Positions 1 to 10,813 of a stretch of 64,000 bases of DNA are shown here, piece by piece. A program made the position numbers and the translations under genes. Positions within the stretch are counted from its first letter, which is position 1. Every line of letters begins with the position of its first letter. Source of the DNA: Spirochaetia bacterium (lineage in GTDB: Bacteria; Spirochaetota; Spirochaetia; SZUA-6; Bin103); contig CBDAOI010000002.1 in NCBI GenBank assembly GCA_965198005.1, positions 256,001 through 320,000 of the forward strand, given 5' to 3'. Under the pieces are notes generated by a model. That model saw only the letters and a list, made by a program, of their open reading frames with translations. It made no database searches and was not told the origin of the DNA.

Positions 1-373
1 CCTCGAAGCGGCGCAACCGGCGGCGCGACAGGCGCGGCCGGCGGCCGAGGAGCCGGTCCCGGACCTCGCCCTTGTGGGCCTGCAGCTCACGCCGCCAGCG
101 ATCACTGCCGAGACTGCCGGAGGTTCCCGCCAGCTCCTCCAGAAACCTGATCCGAAACCGCTCGAACCGCTCGACCAGCTCGGCCAGTGGGTCGGGCCGC
201 AGCTCAAGCACCCTCAACAGCAGGAGAAACAACCCACCGGCGAGCGCCGCCGCCGTCAGCCGGCACGCGGCCGGGGCGGCGTCCGGCAGCCAGCCGCCGA
301 GCGCGCCGGCAGCTTCGAGGCCGACCAGCACGGCCGCGGCCAGGACCATGCTCCGGATCACCTTCGGATACAT
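1..373 (-). CDS. Hypothetical membrane protein, partial (runs off the window start)
   Basis: ATG at 373 reads MYPKVIRSMVLAAAVLVGLEAAGALGG... with no stop to the window edge; two hydrophobic N-terminal segments; co-oriented just downstream of the 384-1010 gene. Confidence 0.6.
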   Translation of the reverse strand, partial: MYPKVIRSMVLAAAVLVGLEAAGALGGWLPDAAPAACRLTAAALAGGLFLLLLRVLELRPDPLAELVERFERFRIRFLEELAGTSGSLGSDRWRRELQAHKGEVRDRLLGRRPRLSRRRLRRFE

Positions 374-383
374 GCCGGCCCGC

Positions 384-1010
384 CTACCCGCCGGCGGCGA
401 ATGCGCCGCTCAGCACTGCGGCCCAATTGGCCGCCAGCACACCGCCCAACACGACCACTCCCGCCGGCGGCTGCCGCCGCCCCCCCCGCTCCGGCCGCTC
501 CCCGGTGTGCTCCCCCGCCAACGCGACCTCGCGCTGGGCCGCGAGCAGCAACCGGTCGAGCCGCCCCGCCGGATCGCGCGCCAGCAGCTTGAGGTCGGCG
601 TCCAGGAAATAGCGCACGTACGCCAGGGTAAGTGAGATCAGCGCGCCGGCCGTACCGGGCAGCTCAAGATCACGTCGAATGGCAACCCGGGACAGGAGCA
701 ACAGGTTGCTCAATGCCAGCGCCTTGCCCAGTCCGGCGCGCAACGCGCCGGCCGTGATCGGGAAACCGACCACCTCGATCAGCACGCGTCCGCCCGGAGC
801 AGCGAGGTTGAAGCAGACCACCGCGGCGAAGAACACCCCCGTGCGCAGCCAGCGCAGGCGCCGGCCCGCGCTCAGCGCCAGGGCCCCGAGCACCACCATC
901 TGCATACCCCGGAGCGTGACCGACGCCGGCAGCAGCAACGGCGGCGCCAGCGCGCACGCCCACAGCACCAGGACGCGGGCGGAAACACCGCGGTCCAACC
1001 AGCCGGTCAC
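384..1010 (-). CDS. EcfT/CbiQ-like membrane protein
   Basis: 208 aa hydrophobic protein; FNLAAPGGRVLIEVVGFPITAGALRAGLGKAL resembles the ECF T-component segment. Confidence 0.55.
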   Translation of the reverse strand: MTGWLDRGVSARVLVLWACALAPPLLLPASVTLRGMQMVVLGALALSAGRRLRWLRTGVFFAAVVCFNLAAPGGRVLIEVVGFPITAGALRAGLGKALALSNLLLLSRVAIRRDLELPGTAGALISLTLAYVRYFLDADLKLLARDPAGRLDRLLLAAQREVALAGEHTGERPERGGRRQPPAGVVVLGGVLAANWAAVLSGAFAAGG

Positions 1011-1085
1011 CGGTGTCCCTCCTGCACGGGCCCATGCCGGCGCGCTCTGACCGCGCCCGCCGGCGGAGCAGCGTCCCCGCCAGGG

Positions 1086-1541
1086 CTAGGCGTCGTCCGC
1101 CGGCTCGGCCTGGCGGGCGGCCGGTTGTGGGCGCCCGCCACCGCCCGTCCGGCGCCGCGCCGAACCGTCGGCTTCGCCGTGCGCGGCGCCGTCGACCAGT
1201 TCCAGCACCACCATCTCGGAGGCATCGCCGTAGCGTTGGCCAAGCTTGACCACCCGCGTATAGCCGCCGGGACGATCCCGAAACCGCACCGCGATATCGG
1301 TAAACAGTTTGGCCAGGACTTCCTTGTCGCTGATGCGGCGCGCCGCTTGACGACGGTTGTGCACACTGTCCTGCCGCGCGCGCGTAATCAGCCGCTCCGC
1401 GGTCCGCGCGACCGCCCGCGCCTTGGCCAGGGTAGTGCGAATCCCTTCATACCGAAACAGCGCCGTTACCATGCTCCGGTGCAGCGCGTGTCGGTGGCTG
1501 GCCCGCCGGTCGAGCCGGTTGAAGCCGATCCTATGCTTCAT
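1086..1541 (-). CDS. rplQ: 50S ribosomal protein L17
   Basis: [17 protein letters not shown]...IRTTLAKAR...[10 protein letters not shown]; follows rpoA. Confidence 0.97.
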   Translation of the reverse strand: MKHRIGFNRLDRRASHRHALHRSMVTALFRYEGIRTTLAKARAVARTAERLITRARQDSVHNRRQAARRISDKEVLAKLFTDIAVRFRDRPGGYTRVVKLGQRYGDASEMVVLELVDGAAHGEADGSARRRTGGGGRPQPAARQAEPADDA

Positions 1542-2874
1542 CGACGTCGCCTACCGGTCCGACCGGCTCGGGCCGCGGCTCCTCCACGGTCGCCACCGGC
1601 ACGGTCTCCGCCACCGGCACACTCTCCGGCACACTCTCCGCCACCGGCACACTCTCCGCCACCGGCACACTCTCCGCCGCCGGCACGCTCTCCGCCGCCG
1701 GCACACTCTCCGCCACCGGCACACTCTCCGCCGCCGGCACACTCTCCGCCGCCGGCACACTCTCCGCCGCCGGCACGCTCTCCGCCGCCGCCGCCCTCTC
1801 CGCCGCGGCCGCCCTCTCCGCCGCGGCCGCCCGCTCCGCCACCGGCCGCGGGTCGTTCAACTCCTCCCTGATTTGACGATAGTCGGTCAAACCGAGCCGC
1901 AGGTTGCGTTCCGCCAGCTTGCTCTTGATCTCGTCAAGCGACTTCTTGCCGAAGTTGCGCGTCTTGGCGATCTCCTCCTCGGTCTTGGCTACCAGATCGC
2001 CGATCGTGAGAATATTGGCGCTGCGCAGGCAGTTGCTCGGACGAACCGACAGCTCCAACTCCTCCACCGACGTGTCGAGCAGCTCCTGGATGCGCGCATC
2101 TTCCTCATCGAAATCCTCGTCGTTGCGCCCCTCGGTATCGTCGAAGTTGATGAAGATGGTGAAGTGGTCCTTGGCGATCTTGGCCGCCTCCGCCAGCGCG
2201 TCTTCCGGGGTGATCGTACCGTCCGTGGTCAGTTCCAGAATCAGCTTGTCGAAGTCGGTGCGCTGGCCGACCCGGGTATTCTCAACCGAGTACTTCGCTT
2301 TCAGAATCGGCGAGTAGATCGCGTCGACCGCGATCGTACCGACCACCTCGATGTATTGTTCGTGACGCTCGGCCGGCACGTAGCCGCGGCCCAACTCGAT
2401 CTGGATCTCGATCGCCAGGTTGGCGTCCTCCATCAGGGTAGCCAACTTGAGCTCGGGATTGAGCACCTTCACCTGTGAATCAGCGGCGACGTCGGCGCCG
2501 GTAAGCTGCCCCGGTCCCGTGGCCTCGAGCATGATCGTCTTCTGCTCGAGCTCGTCGTCGAGCGCGACTTTGAGCTGCTTCAGCGAGTTGATGACGTCGG
2601 GCGTGTCCTCGACGACGTGTGGGATCGAATCGAACTCGCTGGACAGGATGCGCGGGGTGCCGTCGGCATCGTAGCTGGTTACGTGAATCGCGGACACGGC
2701 GTAGCCCTGGATCGATGAAAGCAGGATGCGCCGCAGCGTATTGCCTACCGTCACTCCGTAGCCACGTTCGAACGGGTAAGCGATGAAGCGTCCGAAGTCC
2801 GCGGTGACCTCGCCGTGCTCGAAGGTGATGCCTTTGGGCCTCTTGAGCCCCTTCAGCAGACTCTTGCGTGCCAT
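1531..2874 (-). CDS. rpoA: RNA polymerase alpha subunit with repetitive C-terminal extension
   Basis: [35 protein letters not shown], alpha[15 protein letters not shown]...[10 protein letters not shown]. Confidence 0.98.
   Translation of the reverse strand: MARKSLLKGLKRPKGITFEHGEVTADFGRFIAYPFERGYGVTVGNTLRRILLSSIQGYAVSAIHVTSYDADGTPRILSSEFDSIPHVVEDTPDVINSLKQLKVALDDELEQKTIMLEATGPGQLTGADVAADSQVKVLNPELKLATLMEDANLAIEIQIELGRGYVPAERHEQYIEVVGTIAVDAIYSPILKAKYSVENTRVGQRTDFDKLILELTTDGTITPEDALAEAAKIAKDHFTIFINFDDTEGRNDEDFDEEDARIQELLDTSVEELELSVRPSNCLRSANILTIGDLVAKTEEEIAKTRNFGKKSLDEIKSKLAERNLRLGLTDYRQIREELNDPRPVAERAAAAERAAAAERAAAAESVPAAESVPAAESVPAAESVPVAESVPAAESVPAAESVPVAESVPVAESVPESVPVAETVPVATVEEPRPEPVGPVGDVDEA
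1588..1845 (-). repeat. 18-bp coding tandem repeat (~14 units; AERAAA then AESVP[A/V]) in the rpoA 3' end
   Basis: ctccgcc[a/g]ccggcac[a/g]ct repeated head to tail without spacers. Confidence 0.95.
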
Positions 2875-2883
2875 CGACGTCTC

Positions 2884-3519
2884 CTACTTCGAGTACAGCT
2901 CGACGATGAGCTGCTCGTTGATGCCGGCCAGGTCGGGGATGTCGCTGCGTTGCGGAATGGCGCGCACCGAACCGGAGAGCGCGTCCGGATCCACCTCCAA
3001 CCAAGGCACCACTCCGGAACGCGAGTACTCCTTGAGCCCGTCCTTGATCACCGTCAGCCGCTTGGCGCGTTCGTGCACGGCGATGGTGTCGTTCTCCTTC
3101 ACCAGATACGAAGGGATGTTGACTCGGCGATTGTTGACCAGGATGTGGCCGTGGGACACGAGCTGCCGAGCCTGCTTGCGGGACGAGGCGAAGTGCAGCC
3201 GGTACACGATATTGTCAAGCCGCTTCTCCAGCAGCCGGATCAGATTCTCGCCGGTCACGCCGCGTTCGCGCGCCGCCTTGGCGAAGAGATTCCTGAACTG
3301 GCGCTCGAACATTCCGTACATCCGCTTGACCTTCTGCTTCTCGCGGAACTGCACCCCGTAGTCGGAGATCTTCTGCAGGCGCGCGCGCGGTGCCTTGCCC
3401 GGCTTGCCCTTGCGCTTGGTGATCTGACACTTCGGACTGTGGCAGCGGTCTCCCTTGAGGAACAACTTCACCCCTTCCGTCCGACACAGGCGGCACGCCG
3501 GTCCCAGGTATCTTCCCAT
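2884..3519 (-). CDS. rpsD: 30S ribosomal protein S4 (Cys-containing form)
   Basis: MGRYLGPACRLCRTEG...SDYGVQFREKQK...LEKRLDNIVYR...IVELYSK. Confidence 0.97.
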   Translation of the reverse strand: MGRYLGPACRLCRTEGVKLFLKGDRCHSPKCQITKRKGKPGKAPRARLQKISDYGVQFREKQKVKRMYGMFERQFRNLFAKAARERGVTGENLIRLLEKRLDNIVYRLHFASSRKQARQLVSHGHILVNNRRVNIPSYLVKENDTIAVHERAKRLTVIKDGLKEYSRSGVVPWLEVDPDALSGSVRAIPQRSDIPDLAGINEQLIVELYSK

Positions 3520-3529
3520 ACGCCGCCTC

Positions 3530-3901
3530 CTAAGCCCGCCGCTTCTTCTGTGGGCGGCAGCCGTTGTGTGGGATCGGGGTAACGTTGCGAATGGCACGCA
3601 CCCGAAGTCCCAGCGCTCCCAGCGAACGAATCGCGGACTCGGCACCGCCGCCGGGTCCCTTGACGAACACGCTCACTTCGAGCAGACCGTACTCCATCGC
3701 CTTGCGAGCCGCGGTCTCGGCGGTGTTCTGGGCCGCAAACGGGGTGGACTTCTTGGCACCACGAAATCCCAACGACCCGGCCGATGCCCAAGCGACGGTG
3801 TTCCCCAGCGTGTCGGTAATGGTCACTACGGTATTGTTGAACGTCGCCTGAATGTAGACGTTGCCCTGGCTTACCTGTTTTCTCGGTCCTCTCTTAGCCA
3901 C
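3530..3901 (-). CDS. rpsK: 30S ribosomal protein S11
   Basis: [32 protein letters not shown]. Confidence 0.98.
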   Translation of the reverse strand: MAKRGPRKQVSQGNVYIQATFNNTVVTITDTLGNTVAWASAGSLGFRGAKKSTPFAAQNTAETAARKAMEYGLLEVSVFVKGPGGGAESAIRSLGALGLRVRAIRNVTPIPHNGCRPQKKRRA

Positions 3902-3913
3902 TCGCTCTCCTAG

Positions 3914-4294
3914 CTATTTGGCGGACGGCGCCTTGCGCCTACCCGCCACCGTCTTGCGCTTGCCCTTCCGGATGCGCGCATTGGTACGGGTACGCTGGCC
4001 CCGCACCGGCAGCCCGCGCCGGTGGCGGATGCCGCGGTAACAGCCGATGTCCATCAGCCGTTTGATATGCATCGACACCTCCGTGCGGAGGCGTCCTTCC
4101 ACCTGATAGTCGTTCTCGATTACCTGCCGCAGACGAGTCACCTCGTCCGCGGTAAGGTCGCTAACCCGTACCTCGGGATCCACTCCGACGGTGGCGCAAA
4201 TCCTGCTCGCCGACGAGCGCCCGATCCCGAAGATGTAGGTCAGCGCAATATCGACATGCTTGTTCGGTAAATCAATCCCCGCTATCCGTGCCAA
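3914..4294 (-). CDS. rpsM: 30S ribosomal protein S13
   Basis: [11 protein letters not shown]...[25 protein letters not shown] start. Confidence 0.98.
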   Translation of the reverse strand: MARIAGIDLPNKHVDIALTYIFGIGRSSASRICATVGVDPEVRVSDLTADEVTRLRQVIENDYQVEGRLRTEVSMHIKRLMDIGCYRGIRHRRGLPVRGQRTRTNARIRKGKRKTVAGRRKAPSAK

Positions 4295-4333
4295 CAGCTA
4301 CCTCCATGCAGGTGCGCAAATCCGCATGCGCAC

Positions 4334-4450
4334 CTAACCCTTCTGCCGCTGCTTGTGCTTGGGGTTCTCACAGATCACGCGGACCACCCCACGGCGGCGA
4401 ATCACCTTACACTTGGTGCACATTTTCTTGACGCTCACGCGTACCTTCAT
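4334..4450 (-). CDS. rpmJ: 50S ribosomal protein L36
   Basis: Manual translation [38 protein letters not shown]; too short for the ORF track. Confidence 0.97.
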   Translation of the reverse strand: MKVRVSVKKMCTKCKVIRRRGVVRVICENPKHKQRQKG

Positions 4451-4465
4451 GGTCATGCTCCTCGA

Positions 4466-5788
4466 TCACAGATTGCGCGACCGGATGCGCCCCTTCTTGG
4501 TCAATCCCTCATGATGGTGCATCCGCAGATGTCCCTCGATCTGGCTCATGGTATCCAGATCCACCCCGACCATGATCAGCAGTGAGGTGCCGCCCATGAG
4601 AAACGCGACCGAGGGCGGAAACGCGAACAACGTCTGAATGATCGACGGGATGATCGCGATGAACGCCAGGAACAGAGCCCCGGGCAGGATGATTCGATTC
4701 AGGACGCGGGTCAAGTACTCACGCATGTTCTCGGAGCTGATGCCCCTGATCGAACCGCCGTTCTCCCGAATCTGGCGTGCGATCTCCACCGGATTGAGGG
4801 TTACCTGCGTGTAGAAGTACGCGAAGAAGATGATCAGCAGCGCGTACACCACGACGTAGGGCACGCCGTTGGGGTTCAACCACGCCGCGAACCGCGACAG
4901 CCACGCCTGGCTGCCGCCCAGGTTCTGGGCGATCTGCAGCGGGAAGATCATAATCGACGATGCGAAGATCACCGGGATGACGCCGGACGGATTTATCTTG
5001 AACGGCAGGTAGGCGTTCTGGGCGCCGTACACCTTGCGCCCGACCACCCGCTTGGCGTAGTTGACCGGGATCTTGCGCTGGCCCTGCTGTTCATACACGA
5101 TCAGCGCGATCACGCCGACGAACACGCCGAACACCACGATCGCGTACACCGGGTTCAGATCCTGCTGCTGAATCTGGGTGATGATGATCCAGATGGCGTT
5201 CGGGATGCGCGCGACGATACCGGCAAAGATCAGCAAGGAGATGCCATTGCCGATGCCGCGCTGGGTAATCTGCTCACCGACCCACATCAGGAAGACGGTG
5301 CCCGCGGTGACCGTGATCATCGCGATGATCGTATACGGCAGGCGCGCCATGGTGATTGCGTCGGGAATCGAGTTGGCGAACTCGGTGACCGAGAATGCCT
5401 GAATCAGGCACACGAACACCGTGCCGTAGCGGGTGTAGCGCTGAATCCGCTGGCGTCCTCCCTCCTCCTGCGAGATCTTCTTCAGCTTCGGGAACACCAT
5501 CAGCAGCAGCTGCATGATGATGGAGGTGGTGATGTAGGGCACGATCCCCAGCATGAAGACGGAGAAATTCGTGAATGCACCACCTGAGAAAAAATCGAAG
5601 TAATCGGTGATGCCCACCGTTCCCGAGCTCTGCTGGGCGGTGAAGAAGGCGTTCAGCGCGGTAACGTTGACGCCCGGAATCGGCAGCACGGCACCGAGCC
5701 GGAACACCAGCAGCATGGCGACGGTGAACAGAATCCGATCACGCAGATCCTTGATCCGGAAGATGTCAACCAGTGGGTTGGACGCCAT
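4466..5788 (-). CDS. secY: Preprotein translocase subunit SecY
   Basis: LGIVPYITTSIIMQLL, GIGNGISLLIFAGI, GVIPVIFASS, GGTSLLIMVGV. Confidence 0.98.
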   Translation of the reverse strand: MASNPLVDIFRIKDLRDRILFTVAMLLVFRLGAVLPIPGVNVTALNAFFTAQQSSGTVGITDYFDFFSGGAFTNFSVFMLGIVPYITTSIIMQLLLMVFPKLKKISQEEGGRQRIQRYTRYGTVFVCLIQAFSVTEFANSIPDAITMARLPYTIIAMITVTAGTVFLMWVGEQITQRGIGNGISLLIFAGIVARIPNAIWIIITQIQQQDLNPVYAIVVFGVFVGVIALIVYEQQGQRKIPVNYAKRVVGRKVYGAQNAYLPFKINPSGVIPVIFASSIMIFPLQIAQNLGGSQAWLSRFAAWLNPNGVPYVVVYALLIIFFAYFYTQVTLNPVEIARQIRENGGSIRGISSENMREYLTRVLNRIILPGALFLAFIAIIPSIIQTLFAFPPSVAFLMGGTSLLIMVGVDLDTMSQIEGHLRMHHHEGLTKKGRIRSRNL

Positions 5789-5790
5789 GG

Positions 5791-6270
5791 CTACCCGCCG
5801 TCGCCGCCGGGACGCGCCACCAGGGTAACGCTGCCGCCGGCCGCCTCTATCTTCTGCCGCGCGCTCCGGGACACTTGGTCCACGCGGACCTCGAGGCCAC
5901 GGTCGATGGTGCCGTTACCCAGAATCTTCACCGCCACGTTCGGGGACTTGATCAACCCGCACGCGGCGAGCGATTCGGCCGACACCGTCGCTCCCGCCTC
6001 GAACCGTTCCAGCGCGACGAGATTCACCACCGTATATTCGACGCGGAACCGGCTGTTGGAGAATCCGCGCCGTGCAACCCGCCGGTAGAGCGGCATCTGG
6101 CCACCCTCGAATCCCGGCCGCACGCCACCGCCGGAACGCGCGTTCTGGCCCTTGGTGCCGCGGCCCGCGGTGCCGCCGCGCCCGCTGCCGGTCCCACGGC
6201 CCACGATCCGGCGCGGCCGTGTGGCCCCCGCCGGCCGCCGCGGTCCGTCCATCGAGAGTCGTACCGTCAC
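5791..6270 (-). CDS. rplO: 50S ribosomal protein L15
   Basis: GRGTGSGRGGTAGRGTKGQNARSG, GFEGGQMPLYRR; GTG overlapping the rpmD stop, with GGAGG upstream. Confidence 0.95.
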   Translation of the reverse strand: MTVRLSMDGPRRPAGATRPRRIVGRGTGSGRGGTAGRGTKGQNARSGGGVRPGFEGGQMPLYRRVARRGFSNSRFRVEYTVVNLVALERFEAGATVSAESLAACGLIKSPNVAVKILGNGTIDRGLEVRVDQVSRSARQKIEAAGGSVTLVARPGGDGG

Positions 6271-6476
6271 GCTTCCTCCGCCGTGGTCTCGCTCCAATCC
6301 AGCAGGTACGATACCTGATTCAACATGCCCATGACCGCCGGGCTGGCGGTCTGCTCCACGGTTTGCCCGATGCGGCGCAGGCCGAGCGCCTGCACCGTCC
6401 GGCGGTGAGACGGCTTGCGCCCGATCGGGCTGCGCACCAGCCGCACCGTGAGGGTCCGAGCGTTGCCTACCCCCAT
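6267..6476 (-). CDS. rpmD: 50S ribosomal protein L30
   Basis: [31 protein letters not shown]. Confidence 0.95.
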   Translation of the reverse strand: MGVGNARTLTVRLVRSPIGRKPSHRRTVQALGLRRIGQTVEQTASPAVMGMLNQVSYLLDWSETTAEEA

Positions 6477-6988
6477 AGCTCCCGTACCGTCTTGCCGCGG
6501 TTGGCGGCCACCACGCGCGCGTCCATAAGCGTTCCGAATCCCTTGAACACCGCCTTGACGATGTTCATCGAGTTCTGCGAGCCGAGCGACTTGCTGAGCA
6601 CGTCGGTCACGCCCGCCGCCTCCATTACCGCGCGCACCGGCCCGCCGGCTATGATCCCGGTACCGGGCGCGGCGGGCTTCAGCAGCACGTTCGACCCCTT
6701 GAATACGCCGTTCACCGTATGCGGAAGGGTCGTGCTTCGGCGCGGCACCTGCACCATGTTGCGCCGGGCGCGCTCGCTGCTCTTGCGGATCGCGTCGGCG
6801 ACGTAGTTCGCCTTCCCGAACCCGTAACCGACCCGCCCGTTGCGGTCGCCGACCACTACCAGAGCCGAGAACGAGAACCGCCGTCCGCCCTTTACCACTT
6901 TGGCGATGCGGTTCAACCGCACCAGTTTCTCGAACAGGTCACTCTCGCGGCGGTCGTTGAAACCACGCGCTCCCATCCGGCTGCTCAT
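6467..6988 (-). CDS. rpsE: 30S ribosomal protein S5
   Basis: [32 protein letters not shown]. Confidence 0.98.
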   Translation of the reverse strand: MSSRMGARGFNDRRESDLFEKLVRLNRIAKVVKGGRRFSFSALVVVGDRNGRVGYGFGKANYVADAIRKSSERARRNMVQVPRRSTTLPHTVNGVFKGSNVLLKPAAPGTGIIAGGPVRAVMEAAGVTDVLSKSLGSQNSMNIVKAVFKGFGTLMDARVVAANRGKTVRELWG

Positions 6989-7350
6989 AACGTAATCCCC
7001 GCTTTGCGTACCGCGTCGGCCAGCGAGCGAATCATCCCATGATACGCATAGCCGTTACGATCGCACACTACCCGGCCGATGGACTGCTCCTGCAGGCGAC
7101 TGCCCACCACCGCCCCGAGGCCGGCGGCTCCGTCCACCGTGTTGGGCAGGTCGCGCAGCGCCGGCTCGCGGTTGGACGCCGATACCAGCGTATGGCCGCG
7201 TCCGTCGTCGATGATCTGGACGTAGGTGTAGTGGTTGCTCTTGTACACCGTCAGCCGCGGCCTCTCCGCCGTTCCCCGTATGCGCTGCCGAATACGCACC
7301 TTGCGCCGCAGCCACCGCCGCCGCTTGGGGCTCACGCCGCCACGACTCAT
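6985..7350 (-). CDS. rplR: 50S ribosomal protein L18
   Basis: [23 protein letters not shown]. Confidence 0.96.
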   Translation of the reverse strand: MSRGGVSPKRRRWLRRKVRIRQRIRGTAERPRLTVYKSNHYTYVQIIDDGRGHTLVSASNREPALRDLPNTVDGAAGLGAVVGSRLQEQSIGRVVCDRNGYAYHGMIRSLADAVRKAGITL

Positions 7351-7892
7351 GCGCCGGCCACCGTCGCTTTGCCCGCCTTGCGGCGCACGGTCTCATTGTG
7401 GTAACGCACACCCTTGCCCTTGTAGGGCTCCGGCGGCCGGAACGCGCGGATCTCGGCCGCGACCTGACCTACGAGTTGGCGGTCGGCGCCCGCGATCGTG
7501 ATCCGGTTGCCGCCCTCGACGGTCACCGTAACGCCCTCTCCGATCGGATAGTTGACCGGATTCGAGTAGCCCAGATTGAGCACCAGCGTGGTGCCCTGCA
7601 ACTCGACCCGGTACCCGACGCCGTTCAGCAACAGCACCTTGCGAAACCCCTCGGAAACGCCGGTCACCATGTTCCAGATCAACTTGCGATACAGTCCGTG
7701 CAGCGCCCTGGTCCGATCGGCCTCGTCGCCGCGCGCCACGGTAATCAAGCCATCCTGCAGCCGCACGTCGAGGTTGCCGGTCATCTCCAGGCTCAGCCGG
7801 CCGTTGGGGCCCGTGGCGTCGATCCGGTTCGCCTCGATCTTGACGTCGACCCCTGTGGGCACCGTCACCGGCACCACGCCTACGCGCGACAT
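7347..7892 (-). CDS. rplF: 50S ribosomal protein L6
   Basis: MSRVG, GVGYR, RPPEPYKGKGVRY. Confidence 0.97.
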   Translation of the reverse strand: MSRVGVVPVTVPTGVDVKIEANRIDATGPNGRLSLEMTGNLDVRLQDGLITVARGDEADRTRALHGLYRKLIWNMVTGVSEGFRKVLLLNGVGYRVELQGTTLVLNLGYSNPVNYPIGEGVTVTVEGGNRITIAGADRQLVGQVAAEIRAFRPPEPYKGKGVRYHNETVRRKAGKATVAGA

Positions 7893-7956
7893 GTCCCGCT
7901 CCTCCGCCGACCCGGCACCGGCGCGGCTGCGCCTGCCAGTGCGCGTGCCGGCACGC

Positions 7957-7983
7957 TTACCAGATCTACCAGATCTACCAGAT
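7957..7983 (-). repeat. Triplicated rpsH terminus ATCTGGTAG ATCTGGTAG ATCTGGTAA
   Basis: 9-bp unit (Ile-Trp-stop) present three times, seen directly. Confidence 0.9.
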
Positions 7984-8373
7984 CGTACATATCAGCTCGC
8001 CTCCGGCCTGACGCTCGCGCGCTTTCCTGCCGGTGGTCACCCCCTGCGAGGTGGACACCACCAGCGTCCCGTAGCCGCCCTTCACCCGCGGCATCGTGCG
8101 ATATCCCGCGTACACGCGCCGGCCCGGCTTGGAGATCCGTTTGACTCCCTGGATCACCGGCTTGAGGTCGCCGACGAACTTCAGGAACACGCGAATGCTC
8201 GTTCCTCCGTCGCCGGTGACGGTCTTGAAATTCCTGATGTAGCCCTCGATCTTGAGAATCTTGACGATCTCCAACTTGATGCCGGACGGCCGGATGTCGA
8301 CGCTCTCGTGGCCGGCGCGGCTGGCGTTCATGATCTTGGCCAGCATGTCTGCTATCGGGTCACTTACACTCAT
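7975..8373 (-). CDS. rpsH: 30S ribosomal protein S8
   Basis: [34 protein letters not shown]. Confidence 0.97.
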   Translation of the reverse strand: MSVSDPIADMLAKIMNASRAGHESVDIRPSGIKLEIVKILKIEGYIRNFKTVTGDGGTSIRVFLKFVGDLKPVIQGVKRISKPGRRVYAGYRTMPRVKGGYGTLVVSTSQGVTTGRKARERQAGGELICTIW

Positions 8374-8380
8374 CGCTTCA

Positions 8381-8566
8381 CTACCAACTCGACTTGGTCA
8401 CGCCGGGAATCTTGCCGGTGCTGGCGAGTTCCCGAAAACAGATCCGGCAAATCTCGAACTTCCGCATGTAGCCGCGGGCACGGCCGCAGAGGCGGCAGCG
8501 ATTCACGGCCCGCACCTTGTACTTGGGCTTGCGCCCGGCCTTCACCATGAGACTTTTGCGAGCCAT
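8381..8566 (-). CDS. rpsN: 30S ribosomal protein S14, 61-aa zinc-binding type
   Basis: [10 protein letters not shown]...CRICFRELA...PGVTKSSW. Confidence 0.97.
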   Translation of the reverse strand: MARKSLMVKAGRKPKYKVRAVNRCRLCGRARGYMRKFEICRICFRELASTGKIPGVTKSSW

Positions 8567-8569
8567 CGA

Positions 8570-9139
8570 TCAGTTTGCCTCCGGACGTTGAAATGGCATG
8601 CCGAGGGCAGCCAGCAAGCTGCGCGCCTCGCGGTCGGTCGGCGCGGTGGTGACGATCGCGATGTTCAGACCCGTGATCCGTTCCACCTTGTCGTAGTCGA
8701 TCTCGGGAAAGATGGTCTGGTCGTCCACTCCCATCGAGTAGTTGCCGCGCCCGTCGAACGCGTTGACGCCGCATCCGCGAAAGTCCTTGATGCGCGGAAT
8801 CGCGACGCTCACCAGCCGATCCAGGAACTCGTACATGTAGTTGCCGCGGAGCGTGACCAGCGCGCCGATCTCCATTCCCTGCCGGATCTTGAACGCCGCG
8901 ATCGACTTGCGTGCCGTGGTGCGCACCGCCCGCCGCCCGGTAATCCGGGTCAACTCCGCCACCGCGGTGTCGAGCAGTTTCTTGTTGCCTGCCGCCTCAC
9001 CGACACCGGTGCTCAACACGATCTTCACCAGGCGCGGAGTCTGCATCGGCGAGGAGTAGCCGAATTCGTCACGCAGCGTCGGCGCGACCTGCGACCGGTA
9101 GTGCTCCTTCAGTCGCGGGACGTAGGCGGGGACGCTCAT
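8570..9139 (-). CDS. rplE: 50S ribosomal protein L5
   Basis: [39 protein letters not shown]. Confidence 0.97.
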   Translation of the reverse strand: MSVPAYVPRLKEHYRSQVAPTLRDEFGYSSPMQTPRLVKIVLSTGVGEAAGNKKLLDTAVAELTRITGRRAVRTTARKSIAAFKIRQGMEIGALVTLRGNYMYEFLDRLVSVAIPRIKDFRGCGVNAFDGRGNYSMGVDDQTIFPEIDYDKVERITGLNIAIVTTAPTDREARSLLAALGMPFQRPEAN

Positions 9140-9450
9140 AGCTGCTCCCCGCACTTGCGGCACACCCGCACCTTCTCGCCCTCACGCTGCGCGAAACCGA
9201 TGCGCGAGATCCCGCACCGCCGGCACACGATCATCACGTTCGCCCAACTCAGAGCGGCCTCGACCTCGGTCAGGCCGCCTTTCTGGTTCTGGCGCGTCGG
9301 CTTCAGCGCCTTCTTTACCAGGTTCACGCCCTCGATCCATACCCGGCCGCGCTTGCGGTCCAGCCGCAACACGCGGCCCTCGCGGCCACGCGCGCGGCCG
9401 CTCACCACGCGCACCTGGTCGTCGGTCCTCAGCTTGCTGCCCGCGGCCAT
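9136..9450 (-). CDS. rplX: 50S ribosomal protein L24
   Basis: [36 protein letters not shown]. Confidence 0.95.
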   Translation of the reverse strand: MAAGSKLRTDDQVRVVSGRARGREGRVLRLDRKRGRVWIEGVNLVKKALKPTRQNQKGGLTEVEAALSWANVMIVCRRCGISRIGFAQREGEKVRVCRKCGEQL

Positions 9451-9819
9451 CTACAGCACCTCCGGTGCGAGGGATACGATCTTCATGTAGTCCCGGTCGC
9501 GCAACTCGCGCGCCACCGGTCCGAAAATCCGCTTGCCGGCCGGATTGCCGGAGGGGTCCACCAGCACACAGGCGTTGTCGTCGAAGCGGATATAGGAGCC
9601 GTCGTTGCGCCGCAACTCCTTGCGCGTACGAACCACCACGGCGCGGGTCACCGCCCCTTTCTTGATGGCACCACTGGGAAGGGCGACCTTTACCGCGACT
9701 ACCACGATGTCCCCGACCGACGCCGAGCGGCGCCCGCTGCCGCCAAGAACCTTGATGCATTGCACCCGCTTGGCGCCGCTGTTGTCTGCGACATTGAGGT
9801 AGGTCATCGTCTGAATCAT
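9451..9819 (-). CDS. rplN: 50S ribosomal protein L14
   Basis: [17 protein letters not shown]...[11 protein letters not shown]...SLAPEVL. Confidence 0.98.
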   Translation of the reverse strand: MIQTMTYLNVADNSGAKRVQCIKVLGGSGRRSASVGDIVVVAVKVALPSGAIKKGAVTRAVVVRTRKELRRNDGSYIRFDDNACVLVDPSGNPAGKRIFGPVARELRDRDYMKIVSLAPEVL

Positions 9820-9865
9820 CTATCTTCAACCTCGAACTTCAACCTCGAACTTCCGGTCAGCGCGC

Positions 9866-10135
9866 CTACCCGGCCCGCTTCACGATCTCCAACAGCCGCC
9901 AGCGCTTGCGCCTGCTCAGCGGCCGGCTCTCGACCACCCGCACCAAGTCGCCGACGCGGCACCGGTTCTCCGGATCGTGGGCCATCAGCTTCCTGGTGAT
10001 GGTGATGTACTTGCGGTACAGGCGGTGCACCTTGCGCCGCGCAATCACCACCACGATGGTCTGCGCACCCTTGTCGCTCACGACGTTGCCGGTCAGTATC
10101 CGCCTGCGTGGCCTGCCGTTACCGTTGTCACTCAC
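9866..10135 (-). CDS. rpsQ: 30S ribosomal protein S17
   Basis: GNVVSDK, AHDPENRCRVGD, ESRPLSRRKRW. Confidence 0.96.
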   Translation of the reverse strand: MSDNGNGRPRRRILTGNVVSDKGAQTIVVVIARRKVHRLYRKYITITRKLMAHDPENRCRVGDLVRVVESRPLSRRKRWRLLEIVKRAG

Positions 10136-10392
10136 GTTTGCTCAGCCTCCGGCTGTGCCGCGGAGGCCGCCCCCTCCGCCCCGACGCCCTCCCGGACTGC
10201 CCGGATCTGCACGTCATATTCATGCACTATCGTGTTCAAACGTGCCAGCCTGCGGCGCAGCGTCCGCAACAGCAACGGGTTGTCGACGTGCCCTACGACC
10301 ACGTTGAACCGTACCTCGCGAAACTGCTTGCGCAGCTCCTCACGTTTGGTAATGAGCTCGGCGTAGGAAAGTTCGTTGTACGAGTCCTTCAT
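10132..10392 (-). CDS. rpmC: 50S ribosomal protein L29
   Basis: [27 protein letters not shown]; position between rplP and rpsQ. Confidence 0.93.
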   Translation of the reverse strand: MKDSYNELSYAELITKREELRKQFREVRFNVVVGHVDNPLLLRTLRRRLARLNTIVHEYDVQIRAVREGVGAEGAASAAQPEAEQT

Positions 10393-10393
10393 C

Positions 10394-10813
10394 CTACGCA
10401 CCCAGGTTGCGGCGCACGAGCAACCGCGTCTTGATCGGCAGCTTGCTCCCCGCCAGCGCGATCGCCTCGCTGGCCGCCTGCAGCGGAACTCCGGCCAGTT
10501 CGAACATTACCGTTCCCGGTTTCACCGGGGCTACCCAATACTCCGGCGCGCCCTTGCCTTTGCCCATGCGCGTTTCGGCCGGCTTCCTGGTGTAGGGCTG
10601 GTCGGGGAAGATCCGAATCCACACCTTCCCGCCGCGCCGGATGTGACGCGTCATCGCGATTCGGGCCGCCTCAATCTGACGGTTGGTGATCAGCTTGGGC
10701 TCCAGCGCCATGAGCCCATAGTCACCGAAAGCGACTTCGGTGCGCCGGGTCGCCATCCCGCGCAACCGCCCGCGCTGGCGCTTGCGGTACTTCTCTCGCT
10801 TTGGACTCAGCAT
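10394..10813 (-). CDS. rplP: 50S ribosomal protein L16
   Basis: [33 protein letters not shown]. Confidence 0.97.
   Translation of the reverse strand: MLSPKREKYRKRQRGRLRGMATRRTEVAFGDYGLMALEPKLITNRQIEAARIAMTRHIRRGGKVWIRIFPDQPYTRKPAETRMGKGKGAPEYWVAPVKPGTVMFELAGVPLQAASEAIALAGSKLPIKTRLLVRRNLGA

Noticed and set aside
1588..1845. CRISPR array
   Set aside because: 18-bp units without spacers, in frame within rpoA, and no cas genes in the window.
4334..4466. Absence of adk, map and infA between secY and rpmJ
   Set aside because: A common arrangement, including in spirochaetes; not unusual.
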